57,125 nucleotides of DNA from a virus (IMGVR_UViG_3300033076_000756:1-57125); one strand, 5' to 3'; positions 30,286 to 39,777 are shown, numbered from the stretch's first letter. The notes: generated by a model from the letters alone, not told the origin. Program-made: numbers and translations.

Positions 30286-31584
30286 TTAGATGGTGTACGT
30301 GAACTCACCTACCAGACCTTTCTCTGCATGATGCAGATGAAGAATGGCGGAGCGCTTGTTTCCAACGTATTTGTTATGATAGTGATAGTAGTCTGATGAG
30401 GTGAGTGCAGGGATGATCCTGGTGACAAAGCCATGCTCCTCATTCTCTGTGGTGAACTCCTTGGTTCTGCGGCCATGGTAGTGCCCGGTGTAAAGCATGC
30501 GGTGTTTACAGTTACCCCATTGGGTTGGGAATTCTACTGCATATACCAGTGGGTTGTTCTTGGCAGAAACGTCCCCGTGTTCTAGGCAAAGCATGTTCTG
30601 ACCATAAGTAATCACCTTGCGCTCTGCATATTCCACGTCAAAACTGATGTTTTTCCAGGTAGAAAACGCCATGGATACAGCATGAAGTAAATGAAAAGAG
30701 CTCAGACGGTCATGGTTACCTGGAATGAATACAACGCGTACATGCTGCGTAAACTGGGCCACCTTGCCCAAAGCTTCACAGATAGCGCCAAATGCCTTGA
30801 GATAGGCTTCTGTGGCCATCTCTGAATTCTCTACCGGTGTTCCTTTGGTAGTAGTACCGCCAAAAGTATCCATGTTAAGTGTATCAGGCCCAACCACAAA
30901 AACTACTTCCTTAAGTAAAAATGACTTGTATGCCAGTCTCATTAAGTAGTTTACACTCTCATTAAGTATTTTTCCCATGTCTTCATTGCCTACTTTTCCA
31001 AAGTGAAGGTCCTGTAAAGACAAAACCCCGCAGACTTCTTCAGCTTCGGCATCACCGTTTAGCCATACAAGTTCTGTGGGGTCCAATGGTTTGATCTGAG
31101 GAATCTCATAGTTCTCAAGGATTTCCAGAAAGGTATTCTGTGCTACCTCATCCTGGCCAATGCGTGATACCAGTGCTGATACCATCCATTTGCTTCCTTT
31201 TTCTTTGTTCCAGTATTGTGAGAGTTTCCACTTGGTAGTGTCAATCTTCAGGATCTGGATGATCTCTTCAGGGCTGCGAGGCTCTTCTGAAGAAATACCT
31301 GTGATCTTACAGGTGCCGTCCTCTACGTTCTCGTGGATCTCTGTGACTTTAGAGCTGCTGTCGTCTTCAACAACTACTTCTGGTGTCAACGTTTTTCCCA
31401 GAAGCCTGCTTTCTACAAGCGATATGATCTGTGAGTCAATCTTAGGTCCAGCTGTCTGGAGCACTGCTATAACCTCTTCTTTAATCTTTAAATACTGGGT
31501 GATGGAAATGCCTAATCTGGCTGCTTCTGCCTCAGCTGACTTCTTGCGTTTCAGGCTGTGGTAGACTGCTTCTACTACATTCAT
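30286..31584 (-). CDS. Calcineurin-like metallophosphoesterase
   Basis: All five motifs present: DLHFG, GPD, GNHD, HGD, GHYH; possible N-terminal HTH-like segment. Confidence 0.85.
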   Translation of the reverse strand: MNVVEAVYHSLKRKKSAEAEAARLGISITQYLKIKEEVIAVLQTAGPKIDSQIISLVESRLLGKTLTPEVVVEDDSSSKVTEIHENVEDGTCKITGISSEEPRSPEEIIQILKIDTTKWKLSQYWNKEKGSKWMVSALVSRIGQDEVAQNTFLEILENYEIPQIKPLDPTELVWLNGDAEAEEVCGVLSLQDLHFGKVGNEDMGKILNESVNYLMRLAYKSFLLKEVVFVVGPDTLNMDTFGGTTTKGTPVENSEMATEAYLKAFGAICEALGKVAQFTQHVRVVFIPGNHDRLSSFHLLHAVSMAFSTWKNISFDVEYAERKVITYGQNMLCLEHGDVSAKNNPLVYAVEFPTQWGNCKHRMLYTGHYHGRRTKEFTTENEEHGFVTRIIPALTSSDYYHYHNKYVGNKRSAILHLHHAEKGLVGEFTYTI

Positions 31585-31606
31585 AGGTTTTGGATAAGGG
31601 GTTCAA

Positions 31607-31626
31607 CCTCTACAAATTTACAAAAA
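31607..31626 (-). promoter_or_regulatory. Bacteroidota-type promoter (TTTTTGTAAATTTGTAGAGG)
   Basis: TAnnTTTG consensus ~25-35 nt upstream of ATG 31584. Confidence 0.6.
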
Positions 31627-31659
31627 TTTCTATAGGTTCTACAAAATGAGTTGATTTTT

Positions 31660-31731
31660 AAAAAGTTACCCCCAGCTCTTGCGAACCAGGGGCACTTTGA
31701 TATCACTGGAAAACCAACAAAACCAGTGGTA
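31660..31731 (-). terminator. Probable terminator/hairpins after fibre gene
   Basis: Two imperfect inverted repeats (tatcactgg...ccagtggta at 31701-31731; cccc...gggg) followed by a T-run on the minus strand. Confidence 0.35.
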
Positions 31732-31734
31732 TTT

Positions 31735-33264
31735 TTAAGGACATGCTACTAGGAGCTCAGTGGCTGAAACCCAGTTACTGAACAATCCGTTACCACATGA
31801 TCTGCGTATTCTCACATCATAGGATACGCCTGGTTCAAGACCTTGGATTTGTTCAATACCGTTAAGGGCATCTATTGTAGTAGTTGCTGACCAAACGGTT
31901 GTACCTGTTTGTCTGTATTGGTATTCAGTTAGTGTGGAAAGTCCTGATACAGTACCAACATTTAACTCTAACGCATTACAGTCACCACCGTTTAGATGGA
32001 ATGTAGGGTCAGGGCATGATGTTGGACAAACTCCCGTAGAAAGAGAAAGCGTTATCCAGTCACTTACCAGGTCTACTGCACACAATCTGCGCACGCGAAC
32101 CTCATAGGCTTGATCTGCTAGTAGATCAATGATGTCAACTGTAGCATTTATTGAGGCATCAATACCTGTTCCAGCAGAAAGCCATGCACCACCAGCTACA
32201 CGATATTCAACGTCATATATAGGAGTTGATGATAAACCATCCAGATTAACTGTGATTTGATCACAAACAGGTGATGTCGCTGTAAATGATGGTCTTGTAC
32301 AAGACGGAGTAGGACAACTAGGAAGTACTACAATTACTGTATCCCAAAGACCAACGCTACCCATACCACACCAGTGTCTTACACGAATCTCATATTGAAT
32401 TCCAGCAGGAACTAAGTTGTCAATAGTAACTACGTTAACTGAGCTTGCGTCATAAAGAGATACTGCAGTGGTCCACACATCCACATTTGAAGGACGGTAA
32501 TCTATGTCATAAACAGGAACAGATGCGTTGCCATCAAGAGTAACAGAAATAGTCTCACAATCAACAACAGATACAGTAAACTGAGTAGAAGGACATGGAG
32601 GAATGCACTGAAGCACGTGTACCTCACCGGTAACTACACTTACAGGATACTCCTGGCCATCACAATATTTTTCAATTTTAGCAAAGTATACACCTGCAGG
32701 AACGCTGGTGAAAGATGCTGTATATGCTTGAACGTTTCCTGAAGCTGAAATGTTGAGGGTATCAACATTTGTACCGTCAGGCTGAACCAGGAATACTAAG
32801 AAACTTGCAGCACTTCCATCATCAATGAAAGAAACTTCTACCTGCTCACAACTAGGAGATGTAATTTCTGCTTGTAAAACTGGTGTACACTCATCAAGAC
32901 ATGATCTTGTTTCACTAAGTGGAGGACATGCAGTACCGCCATTTGCAGGAGGTGTAACCACAGTTCTGGTTCTGGTTTGAAGTCCATTTACACATGGAGA
33001 CCACTCAGACCATGCTGAAACAACACAGTTTACTGGCTGACCGCCATTGCAGCATTGGCACAAACGATTGGCAATTTTCTGAATGACTGAGTTAAGATTT
33101 TCATTTGCGGCAATGTTGAGGCAAGGAATAGCTGGACCGGTGTACTTGACACAGGTACCAGAATAGATTTCCTCACATTCCTCACCATCACATGCAGGTG
33201 GCAATGGTACCTCTATAGGAGGTAGCTCAGGCTCACAGCGGTGGCAATATTCGTTAGGGTACAT
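31735..33264 (-). CDS. Cys-rich fibre/decoration protein with thrombospondin type-1 repeat and ~4 FN3-like domains
   Basis: PVNCVVSAWSEWSPC..GLQTRTRTV...PANGGTACPPLSETRSC is a TSP1/spondin-type signature. Repeated Y(D/E)(I/V)xYR...W...L.P...YE(I/V)RVR..C units are FN3-like. Confidence 0.75.
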   Translation of the reverse strand: MYPNEYCHRCEPELPPIEVPLPPACDGEECEEIYSGTCVKYTGPAIPCLNIAANENLNSVIQKIANRLCQCCNGGQPVNCVVSAWSEWSPCVNGLQTRTRTVVTPPANGGTACPPLSETRSCLDECTPVLQAEITSPSCEQVEVSFIDDGSAASFLVFLVQPDGTNVDTLNISASGNVQAYTASFTSVPAGVYFAKIEKYCDGQEYPVSVVTGEVHVLQCIPPCPSTQFTVSVVDCETISVTLDGNASVPVYDIDYRPSNVDVWTTAVSLYDASSVNVVTIDNLVPAGIQYEIRVRHWCGMGSVGLWDTVIVVLPSCPTPSCTRPSFTATSPVCDQITVNLDGLSSTPIYDVEYRVAGGAWLSAGTGIDASINATVDIIDLLADQAYEVRVRRLCAVDLVSDWITLSLSTGVCPTSCPDPTFHLNGGDCNALELNVGTVSGLSTLTEYQYRQTGTTVWSATTTIDALNGIEQIQGLEPGVSYDVRIRRSCGNGLFSNWVSATELLVACP

Positions 33265-33280
33265 TTATTTCTAGTTTTTG

Positions 33281-34849
33281 TTAGCACATTGAAAGTGATC
33301 CATCCATAATAACATTTGGATTACTAATGGTCTGAACACAGTTGATAGACCTGTATTCTACATTGCAAGTATCTGGAGCACATGAAATAGTTTTTTCTGC
33401 AAAGAATTTGACATTACCAAAGGATTGACCTGTAGGAATAGTGATAACCACATCATAATCACCGCTCATGCAATCATTTGTTTTGTTGAAAGATGCTACA
33501 ATGGTTAGTGGCAAACCTGTGTTTACAATTGGAGCACCAGTTAGTAAACTGATAAGTGTGAAGGTTCCTGTTTTTTGAATGGTTGGATAATCTGTACCAA
33601 GACAAGGAACAATAGGTGAGTCTGCACTAACTACCTCAGAATATGTCAACTTGGCTACATAGGTAGATAGCACAATCATTCCATAAATGACAGACGCTAT
33701 GCTTGTACCACATGTATCGTATACTGCTGTTACTGCAACCTTATAGTATTTGGTAGGATCACCCGCACTGATTGTAATGGTGTTTGTTCCAAAAGGTACA
33801 GGCTGATCAACAACTGCAGGACCTACTTCAGTAGAACCATTCCATTCAAATACAGTTACGTTGTAGCCTATAGGGTTTTCTGTGCCTGCAATGGAAGGTG
33901 GATTCCATGTAATGGTACAACCACTGTTTGTCAAATTCGTGATCTGCACATTAGATGGTGCAACAGGTGCACATGGTGGTGCTGGTGGTTCTAAAAGGCT
34001 ACTTACAGCTGTGCGCATGTCACAAAGGGTCAACCAAAGATTAACCAGGTTCTGAGAAACATTGGTAGGGTTTGTGGTCCACCCGCTGATATCTGACATT
34101 ACAGTATCAGCTACACTTAATGATAATGAATTGTCCAGGTCAGGGCATTCTGTATCAATAAGAGTTGACAGCTCACTTAAACTGCCTAATGTATCAATTA
34201 ACTGGCAGAGAAATGTTTCCATTGTCTCAACAGCATCTGTAATAGGAATATCCAAACCTTCAGTCACACCTGTAAGGCATTTGCTTACAATAGTTGGAAT
34301 GCTTGTGTTAGTGTTAAGGTTTGCAATAAAATCCTCTAGTGTCTCTACCCTGTTTACCAGACTTGTATAGTTATTGGTAAGTGATGCAAGAGTCACTAAA
34401 ATGCCACAGATGCGTTCAGCCAGCAAAATGCTGTACTCGCGGGATGGAAGACTTGTAACCAAATCTCCATCAGCATTGGTATAATGAAGACAATCAGGAA
34501 GTGTAATTGGAGTATCTGGGGTAGATGTACCACCGTTACCAGTTTCTATTCCTGCAACAGTTGTCTCCAGTTCACAGTGCTTATCAATAAGCAACTGAAG
34601 TATTGCTATGAGCTCAGTAGGTCCATTCTGCTCTACCAGGCATTTAAAGTCAAGGGTTGTGATATCAATAACGCCTTCTGAAACCTGGCATAAAAGCAGA
34701 GCAAGGTCATACACAACCTTGTCTATTGCATCTCCACGACAAATGTTGATGCAAGGAATGTCTGGACCTGTCCAAATAACACAAGAGGATGACACCGGAG
34801 TGCATCCTTTCCCTGGTCTTGGGTGCTCGTTTGAGTTTATAGGATTCAT
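33281..34849 (-). CDS. Cys-rich fibre protein with coiled coil and FN3 domain
   Basis: APSNVQITNLTNSGCTITWNPP...GYNV...YKVAVTAV (FN3). Its N-terminal Cys module is shared with the 31735-33264 product. Confidence 0.65.
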   Translation of the reverse strand: MNPINSNEHPRPGKGCTPVSSSCVIWTGPDIPCINICRGDAIDKVVYDLALLLCQVSEGVIDITTLDFKCLVEQNGPTELIAILQLLIDKHCELETTVAGIETGNGGTSTPDTPITLPDCLHYTNADGDLVTSLPSREYSILLAERICGILVTLASLTNNYTSLVNRVETLEDFIANLNTNTSIPTIVSKCLTGVTEGLDIPITDAVETMETFLCQLIDTLGSLSELSTLIDTECPDLDNSLSLSVADTVMSDISGWTTNPTNVSQNLVNLWLTLCDMRTAVSSLLEPPAPPCAPVAPSNVQITNLTNSGCTITWNPPSIAGTENPIGYNVTVFEWNGSTEVGPAVVDQPVPFGTNTITISAGDPTKYYKVAVTAVYDTCGTSIASVIYGMIVLSTYVAKLTYSEVVSADSPIVPCLGTDYPTIQKTGTFTLISLLTGAPIVNTGLPLTIVASFNKTNDCMSGDYDVVITIPTGQSFGNVKFFAEKTISCAPDTCNVEYRSINCVQTISNPNVIMDGSLSMC

Positions 34850-35070
34850 AGGGTATTGATTCTTTCTTTTATAGACTGGATCCCGCAGCTGTCTAACCTA
34901 AGACCGCATCCTTCCAGTTCCAGTGAACGGTTCAACAGCTCTCTCATATCATTGGCAAAATCAGCGTCAACTTTAGCGCGGCAGGTCTTGATACCATAAC
35001 GCTTGCGTTTGTAATCAGCCTCTACGCTCTCAGCAAAGATTTTGTTGATATGTGTTTTAGTGTTGTCCAT
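34846..35070 (-). CDS. Hypothetical protein (74 aa)
   Basis: ORF overlapping both neighbours in the operon. Confidence 0.6.
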   Translation of the reverse strand: MDNTKTHINKIFAESVEADYKRKRYGIKTCRAKVDADFANDMRELLNRSLELEGCGLRLDSCGIQSIKERINTL

Positions 35071-35224
35071 TTAATTTTTGTTCATTTGCCTTGTTAGCAT
35101 TGATGATCTGCAATGTCTGCTCATACTGGGTATTGCAGCTACTGCATGTTTTTTTACCGTCTGAAGCGGTTCTTTCCTGGCAGCCACATGTAATGGTTCT
35201 GCCACAGTTGGTGCATTGTGCCAT
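35057..35224 (-). CDS. Small Cys-rich (Zn-binding-like) protein (55 aa)
   Basis: Start chosen at MAQCTNCG (ATG 35224, after the upstream stop); CxxC...CGC...CxxC. Confidence 0.6.
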   Translation of the reverse strand: MAQCTNCGRTITCGCQERTASDGKKTCSSCNTQYEQTLQIINANKANEQKLNGQH

Positions 35225-35235
35225 ATGTAATTGGT

Positions 35236-35796
35236 TTAGTGGTGACAACTAACACAACAGCCTGTCAGATATTTTTCCAGCAGCTTTTCTGCATAGGCAA
35301 GCATATCTGTAGCCTGTTTAGGGGAGTGGCAGTATTCTGCCTTGGCCTTGGCTGCATCAATATACATTTTGATGTAGCGCAGGTCATGAAGTTTTTGGTG
35401 TGTCTCTGCAGTCGGTTCACATGGCTCCAGTTGAACTTTACAAAGCTCACGGTAGTACATGTTCATGATGCGGGTGGTACGCAAGTGGTAATACTCCACA
35501 AACACCTTGTCGTTTGGAGAAACACTGTAGCGGATCTTATAGATACCATCTGGCAGGTTTACTGCACAGTCATCTTGTGGATGCTGGAATCCCAAGTCTA
35601 TGGCATTCAAGTTTTTAACAAACCCTGGGGTAAGATCTGTATAGTAAACAGGGGCGGTAAAGCCAGGTAACCAAATGTCTAAACGCGGACAGTCCACGTC
35701 TAGTCCCTGACCATACACAGATGCATCCCATACGCGCAGGATAGTTTCACATGCTGTGTCTGGAATGTCTAAAGCCAGTGTATGTTTTATTGCCAT
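35236..35796 (-). CDS. Putative virion structural protein (186 aa)
   Basis: LPDGIYKIRYSV motif, Cys-rich C-terminus, preceded by the late-promoter motif; position in the structural block. Confidence 0.55.
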   Translation of the reverse strand: MAIKHTLALDIPDTACETILRVWDASVYGQGLDVDCPRLDIWLPGFTAPVYYTDLTPGFVKNLNAIDLGFQHPQDDCAVNLPDGIYKIRYSVSPNDKVFVEYYHLRTTRIMNMYYRELCKVQLEPCEPTAETHQKLHDLRYIKMYIDAAKAKAEYCHSPKQATDMLAYAEKLLEKYLTGCCVSCHH

Positions 35797-35824
35797 GATT
35801 TTCTGAGATATAGGATTAAGACCT

Positions 35825-35847
35825 CTACAATAGAATTTACAAAAAAT
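35825..35847 (-). promoter_or_regulatory. Candidate late promoter (duplicate of 30232-30254)
   Basis: Exact 23-nt repeat located just downstream of a terminator and ~30 nt upstream of ATG 35796. Confidence 0.6.
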
Positions 35848-35860
35848 GTGTTACAAAAGC

Positions 35861-35895
35861 AAAAAAGGAGGGAAGGTTTTACCCTCTCCCTCCTT
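35861..35895 (-). terminator. Rho-independent terminator
   Basis: aaggaggga...tccctcctt stem followed by a T-run on the minus strand, ~20 nt after the stop at 35918. Confidence 0.75.
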
Positions 35896-35917
35896 CTATA
35901 TGCAGGTTAGGTTGATG

Positions 35918-37276
35918 TTATTTCAACACTTTGAGTTGCACGTGATTTCCAGCTGAAGTCAACAATGCGTTGAAGTAAGCTTCAAAATCTGAGTTACGTG
36001 ATGCAACAACAATTTTCACCAAGTACTGATCGCTATCCATCATTCCTGAAGGGTTGCTCTTACGAGGAACACTGTGAAGGATGTGGTATGCGTAGTAACG
36101 TGTACCACGAGCGATTTCAGAAAGGGTTGTGTCGTCTAACACTTCACGTAAACGTACATCTTGAGTCCAAGGCTCTTGACGGTAACGTTTGTCTAAGATC
36201 AACTCACGCACGTAAGTCTCACCGAAACCTTTACCTTGGTAAGAAGCTTGAAGCTCAGATACACCAAAGCAAGATACTGCACAAGGGTCACCATTCACGT
36301 CTACTGCAGAAGCGTAGATTTGGATTGGTTGGTACTCAACGTGGTCCATTGGGTTGAATGAACAGTTGCTGAAAGTAGTATCAGCGTAAGCACCAGTTAA
36401 CACTAACAATGCATCGTTTGTGTCAGGAGCAGAAGCACCAGTTTCAGGAGCATAGTTTGCAGTTGTAACCTCAGTGTAAATTTTGATCGCAGTTGTAGTT
36501 GCAGCTACAGTAGCAGCCTGGCTAAGTGTTACAGTACCACCAGAAACAGCAGTGATGTAAGTGTTAGCAGGGATACCTGTACCAACGATCAATTGACCTA
36601 CAGCAAGACCAGCAGGAGCAGAACCACCAGCACCTGAAGTGTCATCTAATGTCAAAGACGTAGATGCAGATGTAGTTGAAGCTGCGTAAGCAGTCAAAGA
36701 GTAGTTGAACACTTTTGGAGAGATGAATTGCTTAACGATCGGAGACGCAGCAATTTGGTCTTTCCACTGTAACAATACGCCAACAGGGTCAACGTTGTTG
36801 TTAGAAGCATCACAACAAGGAGTCTTTGCATCCAAAGTCTGGTACAAGTTGTGAGTTAAGAAACGTAACGCTGGAGAACCTTTTACGTCAAGACGTAAGC
36901 GGTAAGTAGAGTTACAAGCGATGTTAATACAGTCTTTAACGCTGATAGCGATAACGTTCTGTACTGGAGCAGCTGGTTCAGTCACGTAGAACTCGCTCAC
37001 ATACTTAGGGTTGATACCTTTTGACTTTACAGTCTCTTGGTAACCACCGTGGAAAGGGCCAAGTTTGTCAGTTGTGTGGAATGAACCTTGAGCCAAGTAT
37101 ACTAAAGGAGTTGTACTGTAAGAAGGAGTACCGGTGATGTCTTCGATAGTGTTGTCACTAGCTTTGATCACACCAATTTTCCCTGCAGTCAACGCAGTAG
37201 TAGCTGACCCGTAGTTTGTACTGAAACCGTTGGTACCTGCCAACAATTTCTGAAACGCATGCGGAAAATAAGCCAT
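35918..37276 (-). CDS. Abundant virion protein, probably auxiliary capsid protein, with inserted beta-rich domain
   Basis: 452 aa downstream of the MCP/ring genes, followed by a terminator. It has an Ala/Thr-rich insert (GLAVGQLIVGTGIPANTYITAVSGGTVTLS). Assigned by crAss-like gene order. Confidence 0.55.
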   Translation of the reverse strand: MAYFPHAFQKLLAGTNGFSTNYGSATTALTAGKIGVIKASDNTIEDITGTPSYSTTPLVYLAQGSFHTTDKLGPFHGGYQETVKSKGINPKYVSEFYVTEPAAPVQNVIAISVKDCINIACNSTYRLRLDVKGSPALRFLTHNLYQTLDAKTPCCDASNNNVDPVGVLLQWKDQIAASPIVKQFISPKVFNYSLTAYAASTTSASTSLTLDDTSGAGGSAPAGLAVGQLIVGTGIPANTYITAVSGGTVTLSQAATVAATTTAIKIYTEVTTANYAPETGASAPDTNDALLVLTGAYADTTFSNCSFNPMDHVEYQPIQIYASAVDVNGDPCAVSCFGVSELQASYQGKGFGETYVRELILDKRYRQEPWTQDVRLREVLDDTTLSEIARGTRYYAYHILHSVPRKSNPSGMMDSDQYLVKIVVASRNSDFEAYFNALLTSAGNHVQLKVLK

Positions 37277-37320
37277 GGTTGTTTAAGGATTTGGGTTAAT
37301 AATATAGGTTAAAAAAATTC

Positions 37321-37776
37321 TTACTTAAGGAAGAGAAGCTTGTACTTAGTGGAGTTGATAGTGCTCTTAACGTTGTCAAGGTCATTTACAATCTCGCTGT
37401 AAGGCATGACCGCCTGAAGATCAGACACACATTGCTTTAGCTCTCTTAAATAATTTAATGCATCTTCAACAGAATTCAAAACTTTGAGCTCACATTCTTC
37501 TTCTGGGATCAATGTTTCAGCAGCTCCCTGGAAACCTTCTGCAATATCATCAGCATGGTCAGGTAATGCATCATAGATCTCATTGAGTGCTTTGTGTGCT
37601 GCATAAGATCCTTCCCCTTTCACCTTTAAGTGAAGCTTGTGGAAAGAAGTCGCTGCATTCATCAGCTCTCCCACTGTATAAGCAACATGCTCTTCCAGTG
37701 TTCTTTCTTTTGGTTCTGTGGTTGTCACTATGCTGCGTGCCAACCTTCTTGGTTTATAGTCTGAAGCGAAGTCCAT
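37321..37776 (-). CDS. Ferritin/Dps-like four-helix protein
   Basis: FHKLHL...SYAAHKALNEIYD...DDIAEGFQG and C-terminal YKL.FL, the pattern of phage Dps-like proteins. Confidence 0.75.
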   Translation of the reverse strand: MDFASDYKPRRLARSIVTTTEPKERTLEEHVAYTVGELMNAATSFHKLHLKVKGEGSYAAHKALNEIYDALPDHADDIAEGFQGAAETLIPEEECELKVLNSVEDALNYLRELKQCVSDLQAVMPYSEIVNDLDNVKSTINSTKYKLLFLK

Positions 37777-38474
37777 TAGTTATTTGTTTGTGAGTTAGTT
37801 TTTGCCCGTTGAGACTGGTTCCAGCTTTCAATGTCACCTGCAAGGATTGCTGTGGCTTCTTCAATGATCATCTCTACGATATCATCTTTGAACTCACATT
37901 CCTGGTCTACAGTGGCTGTACCGGTACCTGGATCAATACATCCAGCAAATGTTACCTGTACAGGCTTTCTATAGTAGGTGAGCTTGGCATCTTCCAGGTC
38001 AAACTCATTGTTTGTATAGATCCTAAAGCGGTTGCCAATCATGGTAGCAAAGGTCTCCCCCCACTCTGCACTTGGCTTCCTGAACGAGTCTATCAGAAGG
38101 TTGCTTACGTCTGCCATTTCAGTCAAGTAAACTGTCATGGCTCGTGATGGGCAGCAATCTGTTTTACTCTTCACTGCTATTCTCTTGTAATACAAGTAGT
38201 TAGCAGGGATCACAGCTGTCTCAAAATATCTGTCATGTTCAGACATTGTGATGTTAGACTCTACCAGCAACTTCTGCAAATCATCAATTAGCATCTTGGA
38301 GGATTCATCACCTTCTTTATGGATGTTGTTTCCATGTGCCTGTTTGCGAACCCACTCAATCTGCGCTTTGTTGAACGCTTCAGCAATCTGCCAGCACTCC
38401 AGGTTATCATAATCCAGAGAGGACAGCTTGTTTAGGCGCTCCTTGATCTTTATTTGCAGCAGGTTGTTATTCAT
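37776..38474 (-). CDS. Head-tail ring protein (crAss-like conserved capsid-module gene)
   Basis: FNKAQ...DDLQKL...TYYRKP...EMIIEEA pattern; second gene after MCP. Confidence 0.65.
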   Translation of the reverse strand: MNNNLLQIKIKERLNKLSSLDYDNLECWQIAEAFNKAQIEWVRKQAHGNNIHKEGDESSKMLIDDLQKLLVESNITMSEHDRYFETAVIPANYLYYKRIAVKSKTDCCPSRAMTVYLTEMADVSNLLIDSFRKPSAEWGETFATMIGNRFRIYTNNEFDLEDAKLTYYRKPVQVTFAGCIDPGTGTATVDQECEFKDDIVEMIIEEATAILAGDIESWNQSQRAKTNSQTNN

Positions 38475-38485
38475 CTCTAGTTATC

Positions 38486-39502
38486 TTACAAATTCCAGTA
38501 CTTCTCTACATTTGCAGTGATGTCTTTTAAGATGTCCTCATTCAAAGGATTCTTTAAGTATTCCACTACATCAGAAGCGTTTTTGCCAATCATGCTGGCA
38601 CTCTTCATGTGGTAAATGAAACCATCCCCACGTGTAGCAATGATCTTGTAGAAATTGGCGTCTTTTACCATGGCGCGTAATTTCAACGTTTCCATGTCAA
38701 GGCCTGCTATCTCCAAGAAGCGTTTTGCCGTTTGACGTTTGTCCTTCTCTACAGTCTCACCATTGATGAACTTATCCATGTTATCATAAAGGATATCCAG
38801 TGGAGTCGTTTTCTTGTAATGTGTAGAGTTTGGATCTACTACCTTGCATACCAGGAACAATTTGTTTGCGTTCTTGTCATACAGTTTCTGAAGCTCTGCC
38901 AATGCTTTGTTACGCATTTTCTTCACTTCTGTACGGATAGTTGCTGTTTCCTCAAACTTATCCAGGTAGAACTTTGGTGGCGTAGTTGCCATACGAGCTG
39001 ACTCAAGTGACTTTGCTACTACAGAAAAACCTCCTGCTTCAATAGCTTTCATCTTAATGAGATCATATGGATCATTTGCAGGATCCAGGTAGATAGGCTC
39101 GTTACCAAAGCGCATTACGATCTTGCCCCAGAACTCATCATTGTCAGGACGGAGAAGTTTCACTTTGTTCCAAAAATCAGGATCCTTAGGATCAATGATA
39201 TTTGAAGCAAGTTCTTTCTCAAGCTGAGCAACTGTAACACGTATGTTGTTAATAGCTGCTTCACGCTCTTCCTCAGGCAATTGCTTGATCTCAGGTGCAA
39301 ACTCGTTAAGACCTGTCAGGTAGCGCTTGATACCGTTGTACTCAAGGCATGCTAACTGTTCTTCGTGGAATACTCCTTCAAACAGTACCATGTTGTACCT
39401 TTCAAGGCCCATGTTGGCACTTGCGTTGTCAATGAACGGACGCACCGTAATGGCGCTGGCTCTTTTAAGCGTTTGATGCTTTTCAATCATCGTTACTTCC
39501 AT
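38486..39502 (-). CDS. Conserved crAss-like capsid-module protein (gene after MCP; possible portal-vertex protein)
   Basis: 338 aa with FW....L.....LD...PYD..K and YLKNP.N motifs; gene order. Confidence 0.6.
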   Translation of the reverse strand: MEVTMIEKHQTLKRASAITVRPFIDNASANMGLERYNMVLFEGVFHEEQLACLEYNGIKRYLTGLNEFAPEIKQLPEEEREAAINNIRVTVAQLEKELASNIIDPKDPDFWNKVKLLRPDNDEFWGKIVMRFGNEPIYLDPANDPYDLIKMKAIEAGGFSVVAKSLESARMATTPPKFYLDKFEETATIRTEVKKMRNKALAELQKLYDKNANKLFLVCKVVDPNSTHYKKTTPLDILYDNMDKFINGETVEKDKRQTAKRFLEIAGLDMETLKLRAMVKDANFYKIIATRGDGFIYHMKSASMIGKNASDVVEYLKNPLNEDILKDITANVEKYWNL

Positions 39503-39565
39503 AGTTCTTCTTTTGTGTTGGTAATTTCTTCTTGTTCTTTTGTTCTGTAGTTATTAGTGGGTAAG

Positions 39566-39761
39566 CTCCTGAACCACGTCACGGTTACTACTTCTCAGGA
39601 GTACCTGGGAGAAATCCCCCAGGCGGCTTCAATATAATGTCAGTGTGAGCTGACGGTGAGGAGGTGGAGTCCTTTTATCACCGAACTTTCCACGTAAAAA
39701 GTGCGGGGAAAAGTTCGGGGTTTAGCAGTACCAGGGGAGGTTGAATTCCCCTGGTGTGCTA
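39566..39761 (-). ncRNA. Putative structured RNA (six adjacent hairpins) in MCP 3' intergenic region
   Basis: Stems at 39566-39601, 39604-39623, 39639-39654, 39655-39682, 39682-39717 and 39723-39761; no ORF. Confidence 0.45.
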
Positions 39762-39777
39762 GTGCCTTCAGCAGATG

